A stretch of DNA of 64,000 bases, from NCBI GenBank assembly GCA_950097015.1, contig CATNEN010000029.1:7254001-7318000 (forward strand). The letters are read 5' to 3'. Position 1 is the stretch's first letter, and each line of letters starts with the position of its first letter. The notes beneath the pieces were generated by a model, which was given only the letters and a program-made list of their open reading frames with translations, was not told the DNA's origin and made no database searches. The DNA is from Macrostomum hystrix. Its lineage: Eukaryota; Animalia; Platyhelminthes. This document shows positions 27,433 to 37,922 of the stretch, one piece after another. The position numbers and the translations under genes were made by a program.

Positions 27433-27675
27433 ATTTGATATGATCTAACTTCTCTGCATAAGAATCATTAACGAATAAATGGTTCCTACATTTTATTAGC
27501 CTATCGAATAATGCTCTAATAATGACGAGAAAAAATAATTTTCTATTGTATTGTGCAGTTATACGACTCATACTACTTAAATTCGTGTATAGCGTACTGG
27601 TCAGTGCAATCAAGCTTCATAAGCTGTGTCCGCAATGTTAAGCAGCAATATCAGATTTCCCCAATATGTGTGAGT

Positions 27676-27797
27676 AGTTGAGCAGCTGACGCGTTTGTCT
27701 CTCGCACCAAGGTCCACGACGTCGACTCCGCTTCCTAGGCCGAGGTGTGTGGGTGTGTGGCTGCTGGCTGCGGGTCAGCTGGCACCAAATGATGCGT
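27676..27797 (+). mobile_element. SINE family B, internally deleted degenerate copy
   Basis: CGCGTTTGTCTCTCGCACCAAGG matches the B head and GCTGGCTGCGGGTC..CACCAAATGATG matches the B tail; the middle is missing. Confidence 0.6.
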
Positions 27798-27915
27798 CAG
27801 TGAATTCGGAAACTTCACACGATTCAGAAAATACCAGAGTGCTGATTGTTATTATTAACTATATTTCATGAGACAACACAAAACTGGTTTTGAAATCAGA
27901 GAATCCATTGCTTGC

Positions 27916-28707
27916 TTATCCGGCGCCCGACTGAAGCCTGAGGTCTGCCAGAGAGTCGATGAAGCGGCGAATATTGCCGCCCGCCAGCCTCTCCATCCGG
28001 TCCCGTTCCAGCGCCATCTGTTGGCGCCGCCCGGCCTCTGTCAATCGGCGCGCGCTGTCTGGCGCCGAGAAGCCGCGCCAAACTGGCGTCGCGGCGCCAA
28101 GAAACGGCGCCATCGATGACGGCCTGGCGGCGGCTGGCGCTGCACGATCAGTTGACCAACCGGCTGCGGTCGCTGCTCCACTGACAGGCGGCGGCAACAG
28201 AGGAAGAAAGTCCGGGCCGGTACGCAGCGCACCTGACAGATCGCCGAATTCTTCTTCTTCGCCATTCCGCAGAGATTCCTCGGAGTCGGAGTCCTGCGAC
28301 TGCTGCAGCTCAGCTGGCAAAGTTTTCGTCCGTCGAGCCGTCAGGTAGGCAGGTAGGCGGCCTGGCGAGCGGCCGAGACGGCGCTGCGCTGCCCGAATGA
28401 GGCGTTCAGAATTGAAGCCGGCGCCTGCGCCGACGCTGATGCCGCAGGCGCAGGCGGAGGCCGGCAGCCGAAGGCGTCCGGCTCTGTCCAGGGCGGCGAG
28501 CTCGGCCCGCACGTCAGGACGCAGATGCGAGCGCCGCTGATCCGAGGCGCAGCGCCTGAGCAGTCGCTGCTGATATTGATGCGCCAGCTGCCGGTTAGTG
28601 TCCAGACACCTGGCTGCGTACCTCTTGTCAGCTTCTAGCCGATCAATGGTCCGCTGTAGCAGTCTGCGCTCCTTGGCGTTAGCCCGACTGGCTGACACCT
28701 CCGCCAT
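27916..28707 (-). CDS. Intronless uncharacterised protein with N-terminal coiled coil (~263 aa; alternative ATG at 28749)
   Basis: GC-rich, non-repetitive 277-codon ORF. The N-terminus RANAKERRLLQRTIDRLE loosely resembles CCDC190-type N-termini (weak, from memory). Confidence 0.75.
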   Translation of the reverse strand: MAEVSASRANAKERRLLQRTIDRLEADKRYAARCLDTNRQLAHQYQQRLLRRCASDQRRSHLRPDVRAELAALDRAGRLRLPASACACGISVGAGAGFNSERLIRAAQRRLGRSPGRLPAYLTARRTKTLPAELQQSQDSDSEESLRNGEEEEFGDLSGALRTGPDFLPLLPPPVSGAATAAGWSTDRAAPAAARPSSMAPFLGAATPVWRGFSAPDSARRLTEAGRRQQMALERDRMERLAGGNIRRFIDSLADLRLQSGAG

Positions 28708-28769
28708 TGTGAATCCGCGGCGCAACTGAAGGGAGCTGCCCGCCTGCATGCGAAAGTCCCGATCATCCC

Positions 28770-29125
28770 TAGGTGTGTGGAGTGGGGTGGCTGTGGAGTG
28801 CGGTGGGTGTGGAGTTATAGGCTGTGGAGTGAGGTGGGTGTGGAGTGAGGTGGGTGTGGAGTGAGGTAGGTGTGGAGTGAGGTGGCTGTGGAGTGCGGTG
28901 GGTGTGGAGTTAGAGGCTGTGGAGTGAGGTGGGTGTGGAGTGAGGTGGGTGTGGAGTGAGGTAGGTGTGGAGTGAGGTGGCTGTGGAGTGCGGTGGGTGT
29001 GGAGTTAGAGGCTGTGGAGTGAGGTGGGTGTGGAGTGAGGTGGGTGTGGAGTGAGGTGGGTGTGGAGTGAGTTAGGTGTGGAGTGAGGTGGGTGTGGAGT
29101 GAGGTGGGGTTGAGTGAGGTGGCTT
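28770..29125. repeat. 16-bp minisatellite (GGAGTGAGGTGGGTGT) upstream of the 28707 ORF
   Basis: Tandem repetition. Confidence 0.9.
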
Positions 29126-30495
29126 ATAAATAAGGTTTGGACTGCTTTCTATCGATATCGTTGTATTTGATACGCCTGTGCGTAGTTTTCTTTTAGATAA
29201 AGTTCCCTCTGCCTAGTAAGATTTGATGCTGTACATTTTTATGTACATATACTGCATTTTATTGTGGTCTCTGCAGTTACTATGAAGTTTTAATTGGTGG
29301 CATTGTTTATCGAATGGTTGCCCTACCTTGGATTATAGGCGATCTCTATTTGTTCATATTCATAGTCAATCATGTCTTGCAGTCAGAAGTGCATCGAAGT
29401 TCGAAGTTGTAGGATCTGAGCAGTTCCCTTGGTCGATTCAGTTGTTATCCGTTTAAAAACTTATCTTCAGAGAAAGGTAGTACCACAGACTCAAGAAAGA
29501 GTTATATATACAAGAGAGACGTCACACACACACACACACTTGTCAATCTCCTGTTGAACTACTACAAATTATTGTCAGCCATTGTGGCTTTCGCACATAA
29601 TAATGAAGACACGGCGAAGAGAGGGCAATGCTAAACAAGGCTTAAGTTGTCTCCCAGCTTCATTAGAACGAATTGGCCAAGCAAAAGACCAACTAGCTAA
29701 AAATGAGCTCAACCTGTTTAGTTAATTGTTGGGGGATAGAGACAAGCAATGCCGGCCTCTTTACTGGCTGGAAAACTACTCAGCGTGGACCCATTGGCAG
29801 ACAAGATCATTCAAAATAAGCCCTTTAAATGACGATCATTAAAGATGCCATATTATGCTGTCGTATGCACTTTTTTCGCTCGCCTTCGACAGCTCTATTG
29901 TATTGCGTGGGGAGAGCATAAGAGCCATTGTTGTGAGCCATTGGCGGAGTGTTCCACTGTTTGATGAAGCTTCGAGCATCACCACTTGTAAATGCGCTAG
30001 TTCTAGTGGGCACTTCAAACCTCGTCGCTAGTAATTCTTGTTGCTGGCGGAAAAAAACATTTCACTCACAACTGATCACGCATTTTGGTTGTCATGGGAG
30101 CCGAATTTGAATCGGTGCCTGTAGATGTTTGTTGCATAAAAAAATTAATTAAACCGATTGATTCAGAAATTAATATTCTAAAGACAAAATGCCAGTCAAA
30201 AGGACTGCTACAAAAAGCCTATCTGACGAGTCAGAATTTAGTTTTTCGCAGCAAATTACTGTACATTTATGTCTGCGGCTGATCAAACTGCCTACAAAAT
30301 CAATCGACAGGAAGTCAACAACGATTCTGGCGTTTCAACGGCGTCCAGCGAAGTTGCTACTGCGAGAACGCCTAGTGGAAGGGTAAAAATGCCCAGACTT
30401 CAGCAGCAGCAGCAGCAGTAACAATTTCCTGAAAGGTACGAATGAAATAAGTTAAAACATTATCAGGACTTCTACGCAGGCTCTTTAAAATCCAG

Positions 30496-31448
30496 CAATA
30501 AATACTATTACAACGATTACCACCACATCATCTACTAATACCACCACATCAGCTACTAATACCACCACATCAGCTACTAATACCACCACATCAGCTACTA
30601 ATACCACCACATCACCTACTAATACCACCACATCACCTACTAATACCACCACATCAGCTACTAATACCACCACATCAGCTACTAATACCACCACATCAGC
30701 TACTAATACCACCACATCAGCTACTAATACCACCACATCAGCTACCAATACCACCACATCAGCTACTAATACCACCACATCAGCTACTAATACCACCACA
30801 TCACCTACTAATACCACCACATCAGCTACTAATACCACCACATCAGCTACTAATACCACCACATCACCTACTAATACCACCACATCACCTACTAATACCA
30901 CCACATCAGCTACTAATACCACCACATCACCTACTAATACCACCACATCAGCTACTAATACCACCACATCAGCTACTAATACCACCACATCAGCTACTAA
31001 TACCACCACATCAGCTACTAATACCACCACATCAGCTACTAATACCACCACATCAGCTACTAATACCACCACATCAGCTACTAATACCACCACATCAGCT
31101 ACTAATACCACCACATCACCTACTAATACCACCACATCACCTACTAATACCACCACATCAGCTACTAATACCACCACATCACCTACTAATACCACCACAT
31201 CACCTACTAATACCACCACATCTGCTACTACTTATACCACCACAACAATTTCTACTAATATCAGCTTAACAGCTACTACTACAACCAAACCGCGACAACT
31301 ACCACTACAACAGCTACCATCTACCATCACAACACCTACTACTACCACCACAATAAAGGTTGTAGCCTATGGGTTAGGGCGTCGGACTCACGACTTGAAG
31401 GTCTGGGGTTGGATTCCCGACTCCGCTGAAACAATTTGTGTCCTTTAG
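30496..31448 (+). CDS. Candidate mucin-like Thr/Ser-rich exon, (TNTTTS[A/P])n, reading into SINE A
   Basis: After acceptor atccAG the frame is open for ~317 codons. The 21-bp unit encodes TNTTTSA, and the non-repetitive flanks are also Thr-rich (INTITTITTTSS; TTYTTTTISTNISLTATTTT). It could instead be a non-coding minisatellite. Confidence 0.45.
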
Positions 31449-31660
31449 CAAGACACTTAACTCTGCATTGCTTCAGTTCACCCAGCTATTAAATGGGTAC
31501 CAGCATTAGCTGGGATAATTGAAGGTGGGTGTGGCGTCCCCCCAGTCCATGGACAGAACAGCTGTACGCAGCCTTCAGATGCGCCGAGCATTAGCTGCGG
31601 CTGTGCTGTCGGCTGGACATCTGACCCAATTTGGGCACGTGTAATCAATTATTAGTTATT
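31357..31660 (+). mobile_element. SINE family A, full length
   Basis: Head GGTTGTAGCCTATGGGTTAGGGCGTCGGACTCACGA, CORE-like segment, and tail ending GTGTAATCAATTATT. Confidence 0.9.
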
Positions 31661-31711
31661 ATTATTACCACCCCAACACCTACTGCAAGTACAAATGCCA
31701 CTATAATCACT

Positions 31712-32062
31712 GTTTGCAGGAGGGCTTCAGCAATGGCACATCATTTGGTGACACTAGACCCGCAGCCAGCGAGGAGGCAATTCTGCCCATTTCGCTGACT
31801 CCAGAGCACACGCGCACACAGAAACCGTACGCAGGCATACGCTCACACAGGTGTGTACATCTGCCCTGACTTTCTATTTGTTAGGCAGTGTACACTCTCA
31901 TTGTGCCTTGGAGGTTGGCCCTCAAAGGCGTGAATTGCATGACAAGCCCCCAAGCCTTCTCTCCGCGGCTGCGCCCCAAATAAATGTGGCCTCGCCGCGG
32001 AATCGAGCTTAGGGACATTAGTGCGAGAGGCAAATGAGTTAACCGCTCTGCCAACGACCCCC
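31712..32062 (-). mobile_element. SINE family B, full length
   Basis: High identity to 12718-13064 along its whole length. Confidence 0.85.
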
Positions 32063-32070
32063 TGTGACAG

Positions 32071-32689
32071 GAAAAAGCTGCAGCAAATTACACAGCGACA
32101 GCTGCAGCAGAATCATCAGAATCAGAAGAAGCAGTTAAAACAAAGGAAGCCGTGGCTGTCGACATTCGGCGCGACGACCATCGAGTCCGACTCGGACCGA
32201 CCGGCATGGCGCAACCCCGGTCACGTGGACTATTTGGGCGCGAGTTGGCGCCGCGACCAGCTGGCAACGAACGCACAGCTGCGCGGCAGGCTGGACGCCG
32301 CCTTCAAGAGGTTGGACGAAATCGACAGCCGGCCAGATCTGCGTCGAGATATTCAGGAGCTGCGCAGGCGAACAACTCGAGTCGAAGCCGAGCTGCTGGA
32401 GGTTCCGTCGATGCGGTCGGAGCTAGCCGAGCACAGGAATCGTCTAGCTGAGCATCAGGAGCAACTGTCCGAGCATCGGCGCCAGCTGGCCGACCAGCGG
32501 ATTCGGCTTGACGACGCTTTGGAGCTTCTGGCCAGCCTGGAGGCCCAGACAAAGCGCCTTTCGTGGCTGGTGCTGACGCCCGGTGCACTTCAGCTGGAGC
32601 AACTGAAGGAGACGCAGCGGCGAATTAGGGAAAAGCGGGCCAGGCGCAGCAATAACAATCCCATCGGACAGTCTCAGGAACCAGTCTGA
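32071..32689 (+). CDS. Uncharacterised coiled-coil protein, paralog 1 (5' end unresolved; exon probably starts at acceptor gtgacAG 32070)
   Basis: GC-rich open frame with a heptad-rich segment (LAEHRNRLAEHQEQLSEHRRQLADQ) and a C-terminal motif shared with the next ORF. The ORF-track start at 32021 lies inside SINE B. Confidence 0.7.
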
Positions 32690-33117
32690 CAGCCTGACAT
32701 TCTGACAGCCTGACAGAATAGTAACGTAATTAATACGAGTAAATATTTGACGAAACATTTGCCATCGAAGAGAATTGCTTAATTATGTAAAATCGGAAGC
32801 GTTTCAATAGTACATTTGCCTCCAATCAAATAAATTCTTATGGCCCAACCTCCCAACAATGACTGGCCGTTTCTATGGTGCCCATAGAGGCTGCTACTCC
32901 TCTGTACAGTTTCTGCCTGCAATGAGATAACAACACCCCACTTTGGTTCCACCTGTAGAGGTAGAGCGTTTAAATAGTTGCTGACCGGACTGAACCAGCT
33001 CTATTCCCAAGCCTGTCGTCCCAATGAAAAAGCCGCGCATAGCATAGAATAAATAATTTCAATTTGCTAGCAACTATCGTACAATGCCATTAGTTAGCGC
33101 CAGACCAAACTGACACC

Positions 33118-33166
33118 TACGAGGGGCGATCAAAAAGTTCTGCAAAAAGTTCTGCTACGAGGGGCG
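33118..33166 (+). mobile_element. Mariner-type terminal inverted repeat stub with internal duplications
   Basis: TACGAGGGGCGATCAAAAAGTT resembles typical mariner ends. TACGAGGGGCG and CAAAAAGTTCTG each occur twice. Confidence 0.5.
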
Positions 33167-33183
33167 TACTAGATTTATTGAAA

Positions 33184-33756
33184 ATGGCGTCTGTAAAGGC
33201 CACCGACAATGGACATCAGCGGCAGACGAAGCAGAAGCCGCAGCTGCGGCACCGCAACAGCCACCTAGACGGTGACGCGGCTCAGAAGTTGCCACAGCTA
33301 GTCCTGCCTGCGAATAGTACTAGTGCGAAGGTGACATCTAGGACCGCGGCCGAAGCCGGAGCCGGACAGCCTCCAGCGGAGATCAACAGTCCGTTCATCA
33401 ACCGCCGGCTGGACGCCATCGAGAAGTACCTCGGCGGTATCGGCGGCACAACGGACGCCGTGCGCAACGAGGCGGCGGAAACGTCGAAGCTTTTGGCGCG
33501 GCTGGAAATCTTGGACGTCGAGCTGCGGACAGCTCGGCAGAGACTAGAACTGTTGGTCGGACCCGACAATGACGACGCGCAGTTCGACGCCCGGCTGAGC
33601 GCGGCCGAGTCGGCGAACAGGCAGCTGTCGGAGCGGCTGACGGCGCTGGCCGAGCTGGCCACGTCGCCGGGCAAGCTGGAGATGGAGCAGCAGAATCAGG
33701 TGAGGCAGAGGATTCTGGCTAAGAGAAAAGCCCGAGCGGCAGCTCAGCGAAATTGA
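33184..33756 (+). CDS. Uncharacterised coiled-coil protein, paralog 2, intronless (~190 aa)
   Basis: AAAATGG start, GC-rich ORF, heptad segments, and C-terminus PGKLEMEQ..RQRILAKRKAR. Confidence 0.75.
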   Translation: MASVKATDNGHQRQTKQKPQLRHRNSHLDGDAAQKLPQLVLPANSTSAKVTSRTAAEAGAGQPPAEINSPFINRRLDAIEKYLGGIGGTTDAVRNEAAETSKLLARLEILDVELRTARQRLELLVGPDNDDAQFDARLSAAESANRQLSERLTALAELATSPGKLEMEQQNQVRQRILAKRKARAAAQRN

Positions 33757-33825
33757 CGATCTGCGCGGAAAGGACCAATCAGCCGAGTTTATTTAGAAGT
33801 TGCGTCATTTTTTACCAGCATTCAT

Positions 33826-34548
33826 CCCAGATCCTAGATCCCAGATCCTAGATCCCAGATCCTAGATCCCAGATCCTAGATCCCAGATCCTAGATCCCAG
33901 ATCCTAGATCCCAGATCCTAGATCCCAGATCCTAGATCCCAGATCCTAGATCCCAGATCCTAGATCCCAGATCCTAGATCCCAGATCCTAGATCCCAGAT
34001 CCTAGATCCCAGATCCTAGATCCCAGATCCTAGATCCCAGATCCTAGATCCCAGATCCTAGATCCCAGATCCTAGATCCCAGATCCTAGATCCCAGATCC
34101 TAGATCCCAGATCCTAGATCCCAGATCCTAGATCCCAGATCCTAGATCCCAGATCCTAGATCCCAGATCCTAGATCCCAGATCCTAGATCCCAGATCCTA
34201 GATCCCAGATCCTAGATCCCAGATCCTAGATCCCAGATCCTAGATCCCAGATCCTAGATCCCAGATCCTAGATCCCAGATCCTAGATCCCAGATCCTAGA
34301 TCCCAGATCCTAGATCCCAGATCCTAGATCCCAGATCCTAGATCCCAGATCCTAGATCCCAGATCCTAGATCCCAGATCCTAGATCCCAGATCCTAGATC
34401 CCAGATCCTAGATCCCAGATCCTAGATCCCAGATCCTAGATCCCAGATCCTAGATCCCAGATCCTAGATCCCAGATCCTAGATCCCAGATCCTAGATCCC
34501 AGATCCTAGATCCCAGATCCTAGATCCCAGATCCTAGATTCCAGATCC
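33826..34548. repeat. 14-bp minisatellite (CCAGATCCTAGATC, a dimer of AGATCC[C/T]), ~51 copies
   Basis: Essentially perfect tandem array. Confidence 0.97.
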
Positions 34549-35461
34549 AGAATTGGTGCAGTCAAATAACTGAAGTGTTTCTCCTAGGAGACAGTGTTCC
34601 GCAAATTTTTCGGTGTGTATTGTTGGGTTTAGTACCAGCTCTATATTTCGTTACATCTGGTCATAAGAGTAGGTGGTATGAAATCTGTAGCCTAATATTA
34701 ATATGTAATAAATTATTGAATTCGACTCTGGCTCGGAAATAAAAATTAACCAATGATAAAATACAGTTGAAATAAAACAAATAAACATGGACTGTGTCAC
34801 TATATCTCTAGTTTGTTTCGGGAAATGCTTTATCCTAAATACATGCTGTACCTTTCAAGCAATAAAAAATTAAATAACCAACCTCTAACTCTCGCCCTAA
34901 GCTATTGTGTCTTACAGTACAGTAGAGTTGCACTAAATGGGAGCTAAAGTGCTAGTGTAGGAAAAATGTTAAGAGCCAGTTAGAGCAAAGCCGCGAATCA
35001 AAAAAACGAAAAAAAACAAAATAAACAAAAAAATAACATTGATCAAAATTTAGTGCACGCAAGAAATGACAAATTAAAAAGCAGACGATTGAAAAAGAAA
35101 GTGAACAAAAAGTAACAAGCGATTTGATTTTCAGTTTAACTCAGTATTTTGTGTTCTGAAATCTAATGAAATGAAAATCAAAACCCTGGGACAGGAATTG
35201 AATTGATCCCATTTCCAGTGTTTAGGAAAATAATAGCGAGCAGTGATCAAAAGGGAACTAAAAGTGGATTGAAATGCATCACAAAGCAGAGTTTTAAATG
35301 AAGACAGACTGAATGACCCAAATCAGGCAGAGTATAGCTCGAGCAATTCAAAAACTAAAAGCTGGCCAATGATGCCAGTGGAATCTAAACAAAGAATACC
35401 ATTTTTCGTCGCGAGGCATTGTCTAAAATCTCAGCACAGAGGCAGGTGTATCAGAATATGA

Positions 35462-35771
35462 TCACTGGCACACCTCATTCCAACGCTGGGCACCGAGGAA
35501 CTCCTGTCCGGGAACCGGCGGCGGCTCCGCATGGAAGATGGCCGGGAAGTGAAAGCCTCCTGGAGGCGGGCATGGCACCTGGGCGCCGTAGCCTCCGCTG
35601 ATGCCGCCGATGCCGCCAATTCCTCCGCCACGGGCAGCCGCCGCCGCCGCAGCCGCCGCAGCGGCAGCGTGAAGAGCGTACGGACCCAAGCAGTCCGCAT
35701 TTGCTGGCCCACCAAACATTGGCGGCATAGCTGTATGCGGCATCGGGTAGGCGAATCCGCCGCCTAGCTGC

Positions 35772-35803
<32 letters not shown>

Positions 35804-35916
35804 ATGCTGCTGCTGATGATGGTGATGAAGCGCGTGAGGATGGCCATAGTACGCTGCTGCAGGGTAGTAGATTGGCTGAGGTGCCGGCAGTGGCAGCGGC
35901 TGGTGATGACTCTGCG

Positions 35917-35951
<35 letters not shown>

Positions 35952-36892
35952 GGCTGCTGCTGCGGATTTGGCACGCCGCTCATATTGGCGGCAGCCGCAG
36001 CCGCGGCAGCGGCGGCAGCAGCGGCTGACTGGCCTGCAGCAGCTAGCTTGATGGCGGCGGCAGCGCCAGGAGAGAAAGGCGAGCCGGTGAACTTTTGCTG
36101 CTCCTGCTTGGCTTTCACTTTGGACATCTCTTCCTTGCTGAGCGCCTTTTTGACATCGGCCCTGGAGGAGCCGATGCTGTGGGGCTTGAATAGGATGCAC
36201 TTGTCCACGGGATCGTAGTCGTCAAAGGTGACAAAACCGAAGCCGCGACTCTCTCCGGTCTCTTTCCAAGTCATGACCTCAGCCTCTTCCACGTTGCCAA
36301 ACTGACAAAAATAATCGCGCAGATCGTCCGAGGTCACATCTTTCTTCAGAGCGCCGACGAACAGCTTCTTGACGGTCATGTGCGCTTCCGGCTTGTCAGA
36401 GTCCTCGCGGGGCATGGCCCGCTTGGTCTCCACCTGTTTGCCGCCGAGGACGTGCGGCCGAGCTGCCTGTGCGGCGTCCACCATCTCCGGCTCCCGGTAA
36501 GTGACAAAGCCGAAGCCGCGCGACCGGCCAGTCTTGTTGTCCTTCATCACCACGACGTCCGTGATGTCCCCAAAGTCGGCGAAGAATTCCTTGAGCTGGT
36601 CGTCGCTAACAAACGGCGCCAGACCGCCGACAAAGAGTTTGCGAAGCTGCTCTGAGCGGCGCCTCTCTTCGTCGACCTGTTGAAAGCAGACGTTTGAGAC
36701 GCCAACGGAGGCGCAGATATTAGCACCAGCGGGTCCGGAGACACCGATGCCGCTTGAAGCATTGGCCAATGTACCGCCACTGCTGCTACCGATGCAGCCG
36801 CCGCCGCCGCCGCCGCTCTGACCATCGACGGAGTCGCCGCGAATCTGACTGATGTCACTCAAAGAAGAAGTCGACGCTGGACTGGCGCTCAT
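35462..36892 (-). CDS. HNRNPA1-like: hnRNP A1/A2-family RNA-binding protein, 2 RRMs, intronless, polyA/Q/H tail
   Basis: RRM1 has KLFVGGL..RSRGFGFVTY, the linker is KRAMPREDS..AHMTVKKLFVG, and RRM2 has SRGFGFVTFDDYDPVDK. All are hallmark hnRNP A/B motifs. Confidence 0.92.
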
Positions 36893-37603
36893 TTTTCAGC
36901 CGCGAAAGAGATCTTAATTCTAATTTTTAAGCAAATCGAAGCGTAACGTCAATACTAGCAGAACCTGCCCCTTAATAAGCCTTAGCTCTGGACTGAAGTG
37001 AAAGCTTTGTCGCTTGCGCGCTGCGCTACTAACAAAAGTTTTACTTTGAAGAATCTTCGTCACTCGACTAAAACAGAGCTAGCTTAGGCTTGGTGGAAGG
37101 AACGGATGGGGCTGGCTGCTGCTAACTTATGCTCGGTGGGTCTGAGGGGGTGACTGCGCCCTTCTCTCGCTTCTTCGTGGGCCGCCGACTAATTTGGCCA
37201 TAGACTATCGGCACGACAGGCTGCTAGCGAGTAGTCTAAGGCTGCGTCACTCTATCGATAGAAAGACTGCGTTGTAAAACTTAATGTTTGTACTTTTCGC
37301 TGGCTTGGCTTGGGTGCTTTGAGTTTGTTTGACTTGGCTGGCAAGGAGAAGTCCTTGAATATTACCATAAGTTTCGGAAAACAACAATTGAGATCAGTTT
37401 CAATTGAATCGATTGTTACTAACATATAATTAGCATGAAAGTGTGCATATTTCCATTCGGCTAGTACAAACGCGTAACTATGCAATTCTACCGCCATTAT
37501 ACGAGGGTGATAGAAAGCCTTTACAAAACGCAGAGCACTCGTATTTTCGGTTCGGTTCAAAAGAGTTCACAAGAGTTCGGTTCTTAATGTGGAGACCCTA
37601 AAA

Positions 37604-37746
37604 TCTGCATAGCTTCAGTATTAGCTGAGGGTGGGTGTGTGGCGTCGCCACAGTCCATGGACTGAACAGCAGTACGCAGCATTCAGAAGCACCGCACAAA
37701 AGCTGCGACTGTGCTGAAGGCTGCACATCTGACGCAATCGGGGGCT
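37604..37746 (+). mobile_element. SINE family A, 5'-truncated
   Basis: TCTGCAT.GCTTCAGT..CAGTCCATGGACTGAACAGC..GCACATCTGAC. Confidence 0.8.
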
Positions 37747-37922
37747 ATGACCTATGACTTACAATATCTAGCATCTAGCACACAGTGAGAGTGACTCGGC
37801 AAGAACCAAATTAGAGAAACATTAAAGTATAAAGTAATTGTGATCATGCAGCCCACGAACAGACTAAGTGCATGGCGGGGGCTGTCCAGTAGTATGAATT
37901 TCTTCTGAAAGATATCAGTTCA

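Noticed and set aside
30485-31219. Minus-strand poly-(VVVLVAD) ORF
   Set aside because: It is the antisense reading of the 21-bp repeat. The + strand Thr-rich frame has better flanks and a splice acceptor.
37499-37546. Tiny TACGAG...CTCGTA element resembling a deleted mariner
   Set aside because: Only a 6-bp inverted match; could be chance.
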